DNA of 64,000 nt from the human T2T-CHM13v2.0 reference genome, Homo sapiens. A program made the translations under genes and the position numbers. The stretch lies in the NCBI RefSeq assembly GCF_009914755.1, contig NC_060933.1; one strand, given 5' to 3'. The notes beneath the pieces are model-generated. The model was not told the DNA's origin, made no database searches, and was given only the letters and a program-made list of their open reading frames with translations. Below are positions 1 through 19,255 of this stretch, in pieces; the first letter of the stretch is position 1, and each line of letters opens with the position of its first letter.

Positions 1-978
1 TAAGTAATCATTGAAATGTTGTTTTCCAACTAGTTAAGGAAATCTTGTAATTCTTTATCTGGATTAGCTGTAGTGATAACCAATGAAGACAAAAACTAAA
101 AGGTAAGAAAGAAACAGACAAGGAAGAAAGGAAAAATGAGGTCAAAATCAAGGTTCATATCCCCATAATCCCTTTCTTAATCATCAATGACAAAATAAGT
201 TAAAAAATTAGACAAGGAAGTCTATCAATGGCAGCAGCGGCGTCTCTTCCGTCCCTCTCTAGTTCTCAGCCCAGTGCCTGTGTAGTTTGCTGTCACATCC
301 TGGAAGGGTTGGATAAATGATGAAAGCATAGCCATGTCTACATCCAGGGGCACTGCACGTAATAAGAAACTAAAGGCTCAAACTGAAGGAATGAAGATCT
401 AACTTGGAATTTGGGGGGCATCCTGGGGGAAGAAGTGTGGAGGTAAGAGCCTCGTGATGAGTAGAAACCTACAGACTAGGTGGTTCCATCCAGATTAAGA
501 GGAGACCACAGGCCTCCTGCGTAGACCCCTCTGAGTGGGCTTCCTGTTTTACAATGTACCCAAGATTTTCTTTATATTCAGGTATAGTGAGACCAACAGT
601 TCAGGGGATGACTGCTATTGAAAGACAGTTTGTGACTCTTGGTTCTCGCAGAAGGCGGCAGGCCAGGCACTGCAGGGCCTCATGGGAAACAACAGGATTG
701 GTCAGGAGACAGAGGGAGCAAGGGGAAAACCTGGGCAATAGTCTTTAGCGTGGTTTCCACAGAAAAGTCAATGCAAGGCACGGTAAGCACATTTAGGATT
801 GTCTAGTTTGAGTACAGTGAGCTCTGGGTCCCAGGGGTTGTCCCTGGTTGCCTGGCACCTGGCTCTGGGGTGATTAGGGTAGGTGGATAGTGACCTAGAG
901 TGTGAGAGCCAGATAGAGAAGGTTGTGGGGGTGTCGGTGGGTAACTGGCTTTGGATTGGTTGGTTTGCATACGAAAGG

Positions 979-1067
979 CACACTTTCATATGCAATACAC
1001 AATTTCATATGCAATACACACTTTCATATGCAATACACACTTTCAATATGCAGTACACACTTTTGTA
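979..1067 (+). repeat. ~19-bp tandem repeat (cacactttcatatgcaata) x4.5 at Alu 5' junction
   Basis: Directly visible; lies inside the Alu TSD gaaaggcacact (973-984 / 1369-1380). Confidence 0.9.
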
Positions 1068-1395
<328 letters not shown>

Positions 1396-1479
1396 TCATG
1401 TGCTATCTCTAGCAATCCAATCCTGAGAGGGTTGGACTCTACCTAGTCAGTAGTCTGGCCCCCAAATGCCAGAGCATCA

Positions 1480-1780
<301 letters not shown>

Positions 1781-2206
1781 AATACAGAGAATGAGAAGAA
1801 ATGGTTAATAAACACACCAGCAGTCACTGTGTGCTCTGTGTTGTCCTGTGTGCCTCCTAAGCACATGCTGTTGAAATCTCCCAGCTCATTTCCTTCGACA
1901 ATTTCAATAGTGCCTGTACCTGTTGTAGATTTTGAGCTAAAATTAGGTTTGTAGTCATCCAATTTGAGAATAACATGTCTTCAGTGGGAAATTTGAAACA
2001 ATGCTCTGGAAACCAAAAAATTCTACTTATCGAAATTTAAGTCATATAATGTGAAGCCTAGCCTGGGAACTAAAGCTTGCTTTGTGACTTACTCTTTTTG
2101 TTTATAAAACACAACCAAGAACAGTTTTCATTTTCAATGCAATGTTGCATTTTTAAAAATGACAGATCATGTTCTTAGAATTAAAAGGTCACTTAATCAT
2201 GCTTCA

Positions 2207-2503
<297 letters not shown>

Positions 2504-2536
2504 ATGCTTTATCTTTTAATAAATTGTTTATTAATA

Positions 2537-2916
2537 TGTACTTCCATTAGTTTACTAGAGCTGCCATAACAAAGTACTACAGACTGGGTGACTTAAACAA
2601 CAGAAATTTATTTTCCCAGAGTTCTGGAAGCTGGAAGTCTACGATCAAGGTGTAAGCAGGGTTGGTTTATCCTGAGGCCTCTCCTTGGCTTGGAGATGGC
2701 TGTCTTCTCCCTGTGTGTCCACATGCTTTCCCTCTGTGCATGTCTGTGTCCAGATTTCCCCGGCTTATATCATATTTGATAAGCACCCGCTCATATGACC
2801 TCATTTTACCATAACCACCTCTTTAAAATCCCCACCTCCAAATACAGTCACATTCTGAGGTACAGGGGGTAAGGACTTCAACATATAAATTTTGAAGAGA
2901 CACAAGTCGGTCCATA
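2537..2916 (-). mobile_element. MaLR LTR (MLT1B/C-like)
   Basis: gctgccataacaaagtac...ttaaacaacagaaatttattt motif typical of MLT1. Confidence 0.75.
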
Positions 2917-2947
2917 GTATAATATTTACATAAAATATAGGATGTTG

Positions 2948-3168
2948 GGTTGGGTGCGGTGGCTCACGCCTGTAATCTAACACTTTTGGAGGCCAAGGCA
3001 GGTGGATCACCTGAGGTCTGGAGTTTGAGACCAGCCTGGTCAACATGGTGAAACCCCATCTCTACCAAAAATACAAAAAATTAGCCAGGCGTGGTAGAGG
3101 ACACCTGTAATCCTAGCTACTCAGGAGCCACTCCAACCTGGGCAACAAGAGTGAAACTCTGTCTCAAA

Positions 3169-3208
<40 letters not shown>

Positions 3209-3209
3209 T
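2948..3209 (+). mobile_element. Alu with right-arm deletion and (AAT)n tail
   Basis: Alu consensus, microsatellite tail. Confidence 0.9.
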
Positions 3210-3399
3210 AGGGTGTTTGTTACTTGCAACCACCTTTCTAAAGGTGCTGGTTATGACAGCACAGAATTAAAGAGACATAATTTCTTCACTACATGGAGTT
3301 ACTACCTCTGTTCCTATTTAAAAAAAAAAAAGCAAAGTTTCCAAACCAACACAGACTTTGAGACTTTGAAGTCTAATAAATACTAATACAATAACCTAT

Positions 3400-3630
3400 G
3401 ACAATAGCCAATGATTTCTAGTGATTACCACGCATTATACATTGTGCTAAATTCTTATTTAATCCCTGTCATAACAACTCTATGATACAGATACAATTAT
3501 TATTCTTGTTCTATGAATGAGTAAAGGCTTGGAAGTTAAGTGGCTTGCTCCAAATCATAAGAAGGGTAGAGGTGGTGTTGAAAACCAGGTGTCAGGCTCC
3601 AGAACCCAGACTAGTGACTGTTATGCTACA
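3400..3630 (-). mobile_element. MIR
   Basis: Degenerate core (gaagttaagtggcttgctccaaatca). Confidence 0.55.
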
Positions 3631-3782
3631 CTGGACATTGTTCATATTCTGATGGGGCTAGAAATTTATGGACACCAGCAGGAGCCTTTTGTGTTGAAGC
3701 CTCCTGGTGGCTAGAAAACAGGGATTCAGGCCAGGCTATGCTTTTTAATGCAAGGCGGAGTCACCATTCAGTAGCTTAGCAT

Positions 3783-4604
<822 letters not shown>

Positions 4605-5740
4605 GTATTCTTTTCACGTCTGCCAAAAGGTGGTGTTTTCATGAGGTAGGAAAGAAACGTTTTGTTAGATCCATCTCTTACCTTGAATGTAAAACTTGCA
4701 TACGATGAAATGCACAGTCATTCATTAGATTTTGACAAATGCATTTGCCTTGTAACCACAAAAGCCTACCAAGACACAGAATATTACCATCACCCTAGAA
4801 AATTGCCTCATGCAACCTTTCCAGTCAATCCCCACCTATCCCAGAAAAGCAACAGTTCTGATTTTTTTCACTTGGGTTGGTTTTAAATTTTACAGATTTA
4901 CTTGCATTTATGTTAAGTTCTCCAGGAGCCTTTACATCACTTGTTATATCACTATCAAACTCCTTCAAAGTGCTGTGGATGCTTGGGATCAAGGGAGAAG
5001 AACGGGGAGGGAAATTTGCATTTTAAAGTCTTTTTTTTTTTAAAAAAAAAACTCTATAGGGGCTGGTTATTCTGAGTATTAAACTAATTTTGCACAGAAT
5101 AAAAGAGTCACCCCCAAGCAAATAATTAAAAAGAATAGCCAACCAAGTCAGCTACAGTTAATTAATGGCAGTTTTTGAAAGACCACCAGACAGTGTAGAC
5201 TCCAGGCAAGCAGAGAAGCAGGTGGCTTTTCCTCCCTTGGGACTGCCAGAGGGCTCCTGTGCATCAGGACTAGCCTCTTACTCCCTCATGCCCTGTGGTG
5301 GTCATGACAGCCCTTACCAGGTAGGAGGGGCAGAAGTCCTCATTTCTCATAAGGGAAAACTGGTTTAGGTGGCATAAGTGGCAGCCTCCTGCTCACACAG
5401 CAAGTGATCCACACAGCAGCCTTTCTGTCTGTCTGTGGCTGCTCTTTCAGACTAAGGTTTTAATGACTGATAGTAGCTTGCACCAGACATTCTCCTCTGG
5501 TAAATCCCAACACAGACGTGTGTCCAAGGAAAGTCCTGCCATTTACCTCTTGGAGTAGAGATCTGTCAACGTATACTTGCATTAAGCGCTTTGAGATAGA
5601 GATGTATGAATTTGGATAAGTTGCTCTTCTCTGGGAAGGGATCAAAAGCATCTGGCTCATAATATTAATAATGTCAATTATTATTAATTGACTAACCATA
5701 TTAACTAACAAAAATGACAATAATAACAAAAGCCACATCA

Positions 5741-7806
<2,066 letters not shown>

Positions 7807-9521
7807 TCACACAGGCTGTACTGCTCCTTACTTTGTCAGTCTCTGGTGTGTTTTAGGCTTATTCCATATCAGCACACAGGCTTTGCCTCATTCTTTTTGG
7901 TGGCTGTGTAGTTCTGACCTCAGTGCTCTAAAGCCATGCATTTAAGTGATTTGTCCTCTGCTTGTTCAGCTCTGAAATTTGTCATTACGCAGGCTTAACC
8001 CTGTATCAGTTAGGAGCCGCTTTTCTATTCCACCCTCTTATTGTTAATATGTGAGTCCAAGAGATTATGAGTTAATTGAGGGCAGGGACTCACATATCCA
8101 CATCTCTATCTTCCACCAAAAAATAATGTTCTGCTCTGCAAATAGCAAATACAAAAAGCACAGCACAAAGTTCGCATCCAGCAGGCTTCATCCCAGCAGA
8201 ATAAGCGAGAGGGACTCAGCACCAGTCAGTCCCATTTTGGTTAGTGAGAAGGTGGTGCCTTAGGGAAGAACACTGCATACTTCGAAGGCTGCTCTAGGGT
8301 CTGTAATCACAGCCCTCTGTGTTTGGGTTCATTCACACGGTGTTTATCTTCTGGGATTTGCTCCACAACACCCTTCAGGAAGGGTTTTGAAGGTTGTGGA
8401 AAAATCAGTGTGTGCAGCCAACAAAAGGGCAACAAGCCAATTGTGGTTATACAGGGCTGTTTTAAGAGTCAAGTCATGTTTGGGATGGGGGTGGGGTGCA
8501 CAGTCTTGTATCAAGCATTTTCTGTAGCAGAGCTCAATCAGCATCTACAAGGCAGGGCTGGGCCACTCCTGCCTCTGAGCCTGTCTTCAGTAGTGGGTGC
8601 CTTTGTAACGAGCCAGCCTGTCCCCGGACCCAGGCAGAGTGACAAAACAGCTACACATTCATGAAGAACACTGGCTGTCTCCATAACAACCACGGTTAAC
8701 ATGACTCTGTAGAACTATGGGCGTGGCCCTTGGGTCTCCTGGCCTGGCTACCAACATGCCTGTGGCTTCTCATTGGGCCCCGTGAGTGCTGGCAGGGCTG
8801 TGAAGCAGGTGTGACTAATGGGTCAGCTCCCCGCTGGGACTGTGACCCTGAAGCTAACAAACCTAAGGGCAAGGCCAGGCGCAGCAGCTTTCTGAGTCTC
8901 TTCTGAAGTGGCTTGAAGTCGATACTGTGTGTGTATGTAAGATCTAGCCTGAAGGAAGGCGCTTTGTTCAGTTGCTAACTTATTTTCTTGGTGGTAAGCT
9001 TTAGATATCACTTAGCTTTTATGTTTGCTTGTTTTGTTACAGATTAAGTAGCTGTCATAAGAAAAAGGACTATTTACTTACTATCTGGAGTCTTGTTCTG
9101 TTTGATACCCCTAGGCACATGTTCAATTCAGAGATAAGAGCCCTGGAAGTTATAGATTGCAAACAGTTTTTTCCCTGAAAACAAAACTGACATATTTATA
9201 TACAATGATAAATACATAGATAGACTAATGATCAGTTTATGGATATTTGGCAATATGCCTCTCAATAATCATCACATTATTCATAATGTTTATAAATTCA
9301 TAAATATAAGCGCACATTACAGCAACTTATTAACAATGTTCTATAAGCCAGAAAAGCACCATGAATACAAAATAAATTATTATAGTTCCTGAACAGTACT
9401 TTTACCTGCTAAATATTTTGTGGCCTTCAACAGCTCAGCCAGACAGTCAAAAGGAGAGCAACTTAGCAGAAGATTTTGGTCTAGCTGAGGATTCAGATCA
9501 CTGAAGAACTTAAGTTTAGGC

Positions 9522-9958
9522 TGTTAAACAAAATTATGGGAGCCCGTTATTTTGGACTGAACTCCTGTACTAGGCCCCAACAGACGAGACCAAACCAAAA
9601 TGGAGTCATTCATGCTAAATGCCTCGTCATCAAATAGAAGCTTTAAGGAAGCAGATAGATCCAACATAGACTAGTTTTTCTTGAGAACAGAAGATTCCAG
9701 TCTACCTGTGTCAGTGCAATAAGGAAGTCCTCTCTGCTTTAATTTTTACACAAAAAGTAACCTCATGTTAGCCAATCCGACTTTAAAATTTTTTTTTTCC
9801 TATTTCCTTGTTCTCACCTTACAAAACCCACTGTTCTGCTGCTGTCCAGCAGGAACCCTCATGCTATTTTGTAGAATGGAAGCTGCCCTGATTCATGAAT
9901 TGCAAATAAAAGCCAATTAGATCTATAACTATATTTGTTGGAATTTTGTCTTTTGACA
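9522..9958 (+). mobile_element. ERV1 solo LTR (MER31B-like)
   Basis: tgttaaacaaaattatggga...caaaatggagtca...aataaa...ttttgaca. Confidence 0.75.
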
Positions 9959-10232
9959 AGACCAACTGGACCTTCCCTTTCTTGGTTAAAATCTGCAAGA
10001 CTCTTCTTCCTTGGTCACACTGGACAATTGGCTTGTTAGAGCTGCAGTCAGGGGAACCTGGGAGAGACTCACCTTGCGAAGAAGACAAAGGCCACGGTGC
10101 TAATGGTGGTGGTGCAGGTATCCTGAGATGGCCAGAGCTCAGAGAAGTTCATGTCAAGAGGTGACAAGCCACAGTGAATTTACGGAATTTTTGTTTCTAT
10201 GTTTATGGAAATTTATGTGTGCACTCATGCCG

Positions 10233-10630
10233 TGTTATGGACTGAATTGTGTCCTCCCAAAATGCATATGTTGAAACCCTAACGTCTAAAGTGACAGTAT
10301 TTTGAGGTAGGGCCTCTGAGGAAGTAATTAAGGTTAAAGAGGTTATAAGAGTGGGGCCCTAGTGATGAGATTTGTGCCCCTGTAAGAAGAGACACCAGCC
10401 CTCACTATCTCTCCCTGTCCCTCTCTCTTTCTGTCTGTCTTTCTGCCATGTAAGGACACACAAAGAAGGCAGCCACCTGCAAGCCAGGAAGAGAGCCCTC
10501 ACCAGGGACCAAAATGGCCAGTGCCTTGATTTTGGACTTCAGCCTCCAGGAGAGTAAGAAATAAATTTCTGTTTCTTAAGCCACCTAATCTGTGATATTT
10601 TGTTATGGCCATTTGAACTGACTCAGACAG
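10233..10630 (+). mobile_element. MaLR LTR (MLT1B-like)
   Basis: tgttatggactgaattgtgtcc...ccttgattttggacttcagcctcc. Confidence 0.8.
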
Positions 10631-11110
10631 CCAGGATCACTTATTTAGTTGTTCATTAATTTATTGATCCATTCAAGAAATTCAACAACTCTCTATTGAG
10701 TGCTTTATGTACCAGGCACTGTTTTTGGAGGTCAGGATGCATCAGTGACAGAAGACAAAAAGATTCCTACATTGTAAGCTTACCTGTAGGGACAGTAAAC
10801 AATCAACATTAGAAGTAACTAAATCTGTGGTGATGATACTATACATTTTGTGATGTACCTTAACAGTACATAAATGTCTTTTACACCCATTATTGCATCT
10901 GACCTGGCAGACCCCGGGAGGTATGAGGAAATGAAGCCCACTCTCCAGGTCACATGGCTGGTACCAATTATAGTAGTAGCTAATAAGTATTTAGCTGCTT
11001 ATTATGTGCTAGGAGCTGTTCTATGTGTGTGTTAACTCATTGAATCCTAGCAACAATTCTAGAAGTTGTTTTCTACAATAAAGGCACAGAGAAGTAATTT
11101 GTTCAAGGTC

Positions 11111-11412
11111 AGCTGGGTGCAGTGGCTCACACCTGTAATCCCAGCACTTTGGGAGGCTGAGGCGGGTGGATCATGAGGTCAGGAGTTCAAGACCAGCCTG
11201 GCCAAGATGGTGAAACCCCATCTTTACTAAAAATACAAAAATTATCCAGGCGTGGTGGCAGATGCCTGTAATCACAGCTACTTGGGAGGCTGAGGCAGGG
11301 AATTGCTTGAATCCGGGAGGTGGAGGTTGCAGTGAGCTGAGATTGTGCCACTGTACTCCAGCCTGGGTGACAGAGGAAGGCTCCATCTAAAAAAAAAAAA
11401 AAAAAAAAAAAA
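11111..11412 (+). mobile_element. Alu (AluSg-like) inserted in a MIR
   Basis: Alu, TSD aatttg(t/c)tcaaggtca. Confidence 0.93.
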
Positions 11413-12117
11413 TTTGCTCAAGGTCAGACTATAGTAAGTGCTGAGCCATGTTCTGAACTAGTGAGCATGCATCCGTCATGTGAAGCTCCTCCTTCTCTTG
11501 AGCCATCACTCAGTTAGTTGTTTGCCCTCCTGGTAGACTGTAAGCTCCTTGCAGGCAGGCCCCCAACTCTCTGCTTCACCGCTTTCTTGGGCACACAGCA
11601 AGATGTCCACAAAGTCTGAACACATAGGCAAACGTGCACAGTGTCATCAAGGACATCTGCAACTTGTAAAATCTGTTTCCAGACTTTATAAATACTCTGT
11701 AGGTACTGAATGAATGAATGGATGGATGGATGGATGAAATCTGGGTCCTTTAGCCTTAGCTTCCCACCACACCACCCGCGTTCTTTAGATAGTTAACATC
11801 TATTTCCTGCCACAGTTCTCTGTCTAAGAATACAGATTTTGAGGATGAGAGGGGGTAATATAACTAGCTTTGCATTATGCAAGAAGGGAGAGTCATCCTT
11901 TCCTTTAATACTTAAATAGTAACAATGCAGGCCTCATTCTTCAGAAAGCCCGGGATCACTTCTAAGGATCCTGGTGAGTCTGCGAATTTCTATACATTCA
12001 TTTGTTGTTGTTTTCCACTTCTTGCTGTGGATGTGTGCTCTGGGTTTCTCCCGCCTCTGGCCATCCCTGGATAACTCTGATGCCTGCATGGCTGTAGCAG
12101 AGACTCTGAATGCAGGT

Positions 12118-12630
12118 TGTATGCCTGATTTAGTTTCCTACGCTGCTATAATAAATTACCACATATTTAGTGGATTAGAACAACACAAATTTATTATCTT
12201 ACAATTCTGTAGGTCAGAAGTCTGACATGGGTTTCACTGGGCTCAAATCAAGGCGTCAGCAAGACTGTATTCCTTCTGAAGCCTCTAGGGAAGAATCTGG
12301 TCTTTTACCTCCTCCAGCTTCTAGAGGGCACCTGTATGCCTTGGCTCAGGGTCCCCTTCCATTTGCTAAAGCCAGCAACGTTGCATTTTTTGTTCCTTCC
12401 TTCTGTCATCATGTTTCCCTCTGACTACAGCCAGGAAGCATTCTCTGCTTTTAAGGGTTCATGTGATGGCATTGGGTCCACCAGATAATATGAGAAAATC
12501 TCCCCATCTCAAGATACATATTTTAATCACTCCTGCAAAGTCCCTTTTGCCATGTAAAATAACATATTCACAGGTCCTGGGATTAGGGCATGAACACTCT
12601 GGGGGAGGGGGATTACTATGTATACCACAG
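12118..12630 (-). mobile_element. MaLR LTR (MLT1D/E-like)
   Basis: aacaacacaaatttattatcttacaattctgtaggtcagaagtc motif. Confidence 0.75.
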
Positions 12631-14221
12631 TGCTGACATCAGTCTTCCCTTCTGTACTAATAGAACTTCTGGTTTTTCTGGTTTTTAATTGAACACGTGG
12701 GCATCCAAAATAAAAATTACATCTTCCAGCCTCTGTTGCAGCTAGATGCTGTCATGGGAGTATGTTCTGGTCAATTAGATATGGAGATATCATGTGGGGC
12801 TTGAGGAGCTATCCCTCAAACATGGGGGAGTAACCTTCTTCACTGCCTTCCCCCTTCCTGAGAATGTGACCTGGCAGCTGTCAGTCAGGTAGTCATTTTG
12901 GACCCTAGGTGGATGTGACATGTTGAAGATGGTGGAGCAACAGAATAAAAGGACCCCAGGTTCCTGATGGTCATGGAGTCCCCACACCAGTCCTAGGCTG
13001 TTTGACTTTGGACTTTGTTTACATTATTGAAATGTTGTCATATTCCATTACCTTTCACTTGCAAGTGAACCTAATCCTTACTGATATTGTGGCTGTCTCA
13101 CTGATACAATGGGTTTGCTTCCTTCCAAAGTAGGGGCACAGGCCTTTATTTCTCTTTTTCCCCTAAGGCACCAAGAATACAACATTGTTAGCTATAACCA
13201 ACTCCACTCACAAACTAAAAATACAGAAAAGAAAAGTTTAACACTGGACATCAGATATCCTAGCTCTGGAAGTCAGTGGGCCATGTCTCTTCAGGGGTAC
13301 TTATCCCTTCTTCCCCCTTTCCTGCTACTGCAATGCTGGGGCCAGCACCTCTCCTTCTTCCTTAGGAGTCCCCCTCTCTCATTCTGCTACTCTCTGGCCC
13401 ACCCTCCAAAATTGCTAAACAACCCAGTAATCTCTGCAGAGCCATGCCAGTCCATAACAAGGATGGCCTTTCAAAACATACCAATTACAGTGCATGCTTA
13501 ATGTCTCAGTAGACAGCACCTACTTTTGTGTAGAAGCTTCATTTATATCCATGTGACTAAAAGGGCTCACCAATGTGATTCCTCCTTGAACTGATGGAAA
13601 TTTTCCCTTCAAAATAAATTCCAGCTTTTATCACTGTTTGCAAATGTTAGTACTCTAGAATTTCCAGCCATCAGATACATAGATATCCACTGTATGTACA
13701 TCTATGATTATTGAAGGCAGTAGGGAAAATCCAACAAGGGAGAAAGCTGAACAAGCGTGGAAAATGAGACCAGGAGAAGAAGTGAACAGCTTTGTATTTG
13801 GATGGAGAAGAAAACAGCAAATGCTGACATTCGTCAAAATAAGACAGAGACTAGGGTTGCAACGAAGTTGCAGTGAGATGAAGGTGGCCGCACCGGTTGT
13901 AGATGGTTGAGATGGTCCCTGGAAGTGGCAAGGCTTGAGCAAGGCTGGGAGATAGCAGCAGAACCTCGATGTGCAGCCTCAGTCCGGGGCAAACGGGCTT
14001 CCCCAACACCCCGGCTGGTTGGATCTCTGGCTTTGCATCCTTTCTGATGTGGTTTTCTTCTTTGCATACCTTTTGCCATCACTGATTTACTGACATCTAC
14101 ATTAAGAAGTTGGCCCTGGAGTGAATTCTGAAAATGACTACATACTTCTTGAATAAAGAAGATAGGACTGTCAGTAGAAGAATTTCAAAGCTCTAAGGGA
14201 CCATCCTTTTATTTTACACTG

Positions 14222-14565
14222 TGATATGGTTTGGCTGTGTCCCCATCCAAAATCTCATTTTGAATTGTAATAATCCCCATGTGTCAAGGGTGGAACCAGG
14301 TGGAGGTAATTGTTCTCGTGACAGTGAATGAGTTCCCATGAGATCTGATGGTTTTATAAGGGGCTTCCCCCTTCGCTTGTCTCTCATTCTTCTCCTTCCT
14401 GCTGCCATGTGAAGAAGGACATATTTGCTTCCACTTTCAACATGATTGTAAGTTTCCTGAGGCCTCCCCAGCCCTGTGGAATTGTGAGTCAATTAAACCT
14501 CTTTTCTTTATAAATTACCCATTCTCAGGCAGTTCTTTATAGCAGCGTGAGAATAGACTAATATA
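14222..14565 (+). mobile_element. THE1 LTR (THE1C/D-like)
   Basis: tgatatggtttggctgtgtcccca...attaaacctctttt...tttatagcagcgtgagaa. Confidence 0.9.
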
Positions 14566-15155
14566 TATTGTTATTAATTTGGAGAACTCTATGAAATGGG
14601 TAGGATTTCACCCACTCATAGCTAAGTTGTTAAAACTAGACCCTTTGGTTCATGTTTAAAAACGTTTCCAACAGCTGATGGTTTTACAGGGGCTGAATAT
14701 AAAAGTATTTGTACTGAAGGATTTTGTGTATTCATTAAGAAACATAGTAATGTCTTTTCTTTAACATTTTAAGGGCTGATCAGGGTTTAATATGATGCAA
14801 ATAATATGATGATTAATAAGGTGATGTTTTTATTAATTCAAAAGTAAATTATTTAAAATCGGGGAAGCATTTTGAGAGAAGGAACAAAGTGCTCTTAGAC
14901 GGCATGGAGGCTATAATACAAAAGATATACAGGAAATGCAGGCCCATAATGTATTTATTGGCTCTAAGTTCCAGCCTAATTTTTAGATTAAGTGGGACTC
15001 TTATGAAAAGACAGGTCATGATCAACAGGTTGATATAGTCTTAAGAAAAGTAGATAACATCCAGCTATTGGAAAGTTAGCATGCATGCTCTCTTACTTGG
15101 ATATCTCCCCCTTTCCTTTAAACTCTTGAGCCCCCTAAAATTAAGGAGTATGTAG

Positions 15156-15525
<370 letters not shown>

Positions 15526-15968
15526 CAAAACATTTATTTTTACAATGTCTGTAACTTGCTTAAATACTTCAGCAAAATCAGCGTGATATTTACTCATTCA
15601 ACCAATATTTGTGCCCTCACTATTCATCAGGCATTATTTTAGACGCTGCAATGAACAAAACAGACAGAAATTCTGGCCTTTGTGGAGCTTACATTCTCAT
15701 TTGTTATTTAAATCGAAATTTTATTTAAGAAGAATTTGCATTCTAAAGGTGATCAGCTAGTATTTAACCAGAAAGGCCACATTCCCACAGCAGCTACTGT
15801 AAGTACCTGAGAAGCTATCCCTGCTAGCCCTAAAGGCTTTATATGAGGAATGTTAGAAATGGACTCTTGTCATTGAAATTAGTGGCATTCAATATAATAT
15901 GTGAACTGTCTTAAATATTTTGAGGATATTCCCTCCCTTATAAACAGGGCGTAATATCTGGTAAACTC

Positions 15969-16262
15969 TCCGGGTGCAGTGGCTCACGCCTGTAATCCTA
16001 GCACTCTGGGAGGCTGAGACGGGCCAATGACCTGAGGTCAGGAGTTTGAGACCAGCCTGGCCAACATGGTGAAACCCAGTCTCTACTAAAAATTGGCATG
16101 CACCTATAATCCCAGCTACTCAGGAGGCTGAGGCAGGAGAATTGCTTGAACCCGGGAGGTGGAGGTTGCCGTGAGCCAAGATCGTGCCACTGCACTCTAT
16201 CATGGGAGACAGCAAGACTCTGTCACAAAAAAAAAGAAAAAGAAAAAGAAAAAGAAAAAAAA
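15969..16262 (+). mobile_element. Alu (AluS)
   Basis: Alu consensus, A-rich tail. Confidence 0.9.
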
Positions 16263-17216
16263 TCCGTATTAATCCTCCTACCTTTCAGAATGGCTCTTAG
16301 GGTTAGCAAGTCTGGAATTGATTTTGAAGATTTTTAATTGCCTGATGCTGACTATAAACTAAGCAGTTATGCAATTATGCTTTTAGGATGCTGTTGCATC
16401 TCCCTAAAGAGACCCAGTTTTGGAAGGTATGATTGAAGCATCTAGAGGAATACAGAACAGAGTGCCCTGAGTGTAGCAGACAGACTGTATAAACTGTTTC
16501 TCCACTGCTTGCTAATGGCTTTGTCTAATAAATGTTTACTTACATATAAAAAAAAAGAGAAATGCATGATCAGGAACTGACTTAGCTCACTATGGAAGGA
16601 GCAGTGGGGAAAAAAAAACAACTAGAATTTCACAAATGAAGGCAAACTGCAGTATTGACAGACGCTTCCCTGCAGCAAGGATGGCTCAAGGAGAAAATGT
16701 ATTTTAGATTAGGCAGAGTGGGAAGAGGCAACAGCAACAGCTGTGAGAAAGGCGTATCACTGCAGCTTCTGTTGCAGCCTCAACCGCGTTGTGGTCACGT
16801 GGTTCCTGGGCCTGCTCTTACACCCAGGTACATGAGCTCACTTGCAACTACAGGTCCCAGGGACATCTATCTCAAAGATGCTTGGCATCTGCACTGTCAT
16901 AAACTACAATCAATGTTTTATCACTTTAACTGCTAGTTTTATTAAGTCTCACATTTAATAAAGACACATTTCTGGACAAATAGAACAGGTTTTCTTTGAG
17001 ATATGTGAAGACTTTCATCTGTCTCCTTGTGTTTAGATCTGGTCTCTGAAGACACGATCAGCTCCAAATGCCTGTCCCTATATGCAAGTTCAATTTCATT
17101 GGTTTTCCTGCTTTCATAAGCTCTAGAAAGGCTTGCTTTGATTAAGAACAATGGCACTAAAGGACACTAATCTGAAACCATTCACAGTCACACAGCTTAA
17201 TTAAGACTACGGACTG

Positions 17217-17221
<5 letters not shown>

Positions 17222-17260
<39 letters not shown>
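17222..17260. repeat. (TA)n microsatellite at an Alu tail
   Basis: About 19 perfect TA units followed by poly-T. Confidence 0.95.
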
Positions 17261-17275
<15 letters not shown>

Positions 17276-17566
17276 GATGGAGTCTTGCTCTGTTGCTCAG
17301 GCTGGAGTGCAGTAGAGCGATCTCGGTTCACTGCAAGCTCCCCTTCCTTGGTTCAAGCGATTGTAGGGCCTCAGACTTCCAAGTAGCTGGGATCACAGCC
17401 ACCATGCCTGGCTAATTTTTTTTTTTTTTTTTTTTTTGGTATTTTCAGTAGAGACAAGGATTCACCATGTTGGCCAGGCTGATCTCAAACTCCTGACCTC
17501 AAGTGATCCACCCGCCTCGGCCTCCCAAAGTGCTGGAATTACAGATGTGAGCCACTGGGCCAGGCT
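17260..17566 (-). mobile_element. Alu (AluS)
   Basis: Antisense Alu with expanded mid-A tract. Confidence 0.9.
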
Positions 17567-17814
17567 GAGACGATCAATATTAACATGACTTTATTCTTCC
17601 AGGAAATTCTTGCCCAGGAAGATAACATTGCAAATGACTTTATGGTTTATGCCAAAAACTTCCTGGAAACCCATTTATCTGAACTGTGGACTCAACTATC
17701 TCTTATTATCAGGGTTAATAGCTCCCTTTTCAGAAAAGCAGTTTGATCGACTGGGCTTATCAAACAACATTTTGTTCCTAAAGGCTCAGTTCAAAGCTGA
17801 AATCTCCTCTCTGA

Positions 17815-18255
<441 letters not shown>

Positions 18256-18323
18256 TGATCAACAGATTGGTAGTCCTTCAACCTGTTGAAGGAGTTGCTC
18301 AGCTTTCAACAATGTCAACATCA

Positions 18324-18654
<331 letters not shown>

Positions 18655-19255
18655 CACTGAATCCTGGATTGATGGATTATCATGAAAGGTATCATGAGTT
18701 GGTGCACTAGGTACTGTGTGAAGTGCTTGATATTTATAAACTCATTTAAGATTTGGTAGTTACCTAGTGGAGAGGGAACAATAGCACTTATGGAAGGGCT
18801 TACCATGGGATTGGAATTGCTCTAAATGCTTTGCATGTGTTCACTCATTTAATCCTGACCAAAAACCTAGAAGGTTGTCAACCCCCATTTTTTTGCAGAG
18901 GAGGAAACTGAGGCACGGGGAAATTTAGTCACTTGTCCAAGGACATACAAAGGCAAATGACAAAGCAAGCATTTTCATTCAGACTTCTCTTGCTATTTAA
19001 ATTTTCTTATACTTGACATGTGGCTCTTGTCAATTTTATAACTTGGCCAACATCATACAGTTGTAGTGATGAAGCTGAGACTTAAATCCAGGATTTTAAA
19101 TCTAAAACTAATATTTCTAACCATATCAGTGTTTGTTTTTATTCAATTGGCAACACTTTAATGTTTCTTTTCTTTTTATCAGGGCAAAATTTGATCCCTA
19201 TAAGGATAAAATATATTCTTAATAAGTTGAAAGGTTGTATATTTTAAAATTTTTG

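Noticed and set aside
979-1067. CRISPR-like array
   Set aside because: Contiguous repeats without spacers, in eukaryotic DNA.
16650-16900. Non-repetitive segment with a few CpGs and a CACGTG as a promoter or exon
   Set aside because: Too CpG-poor for an island and no convincing splice or ORF structure; cannot be supported from sequence alone.
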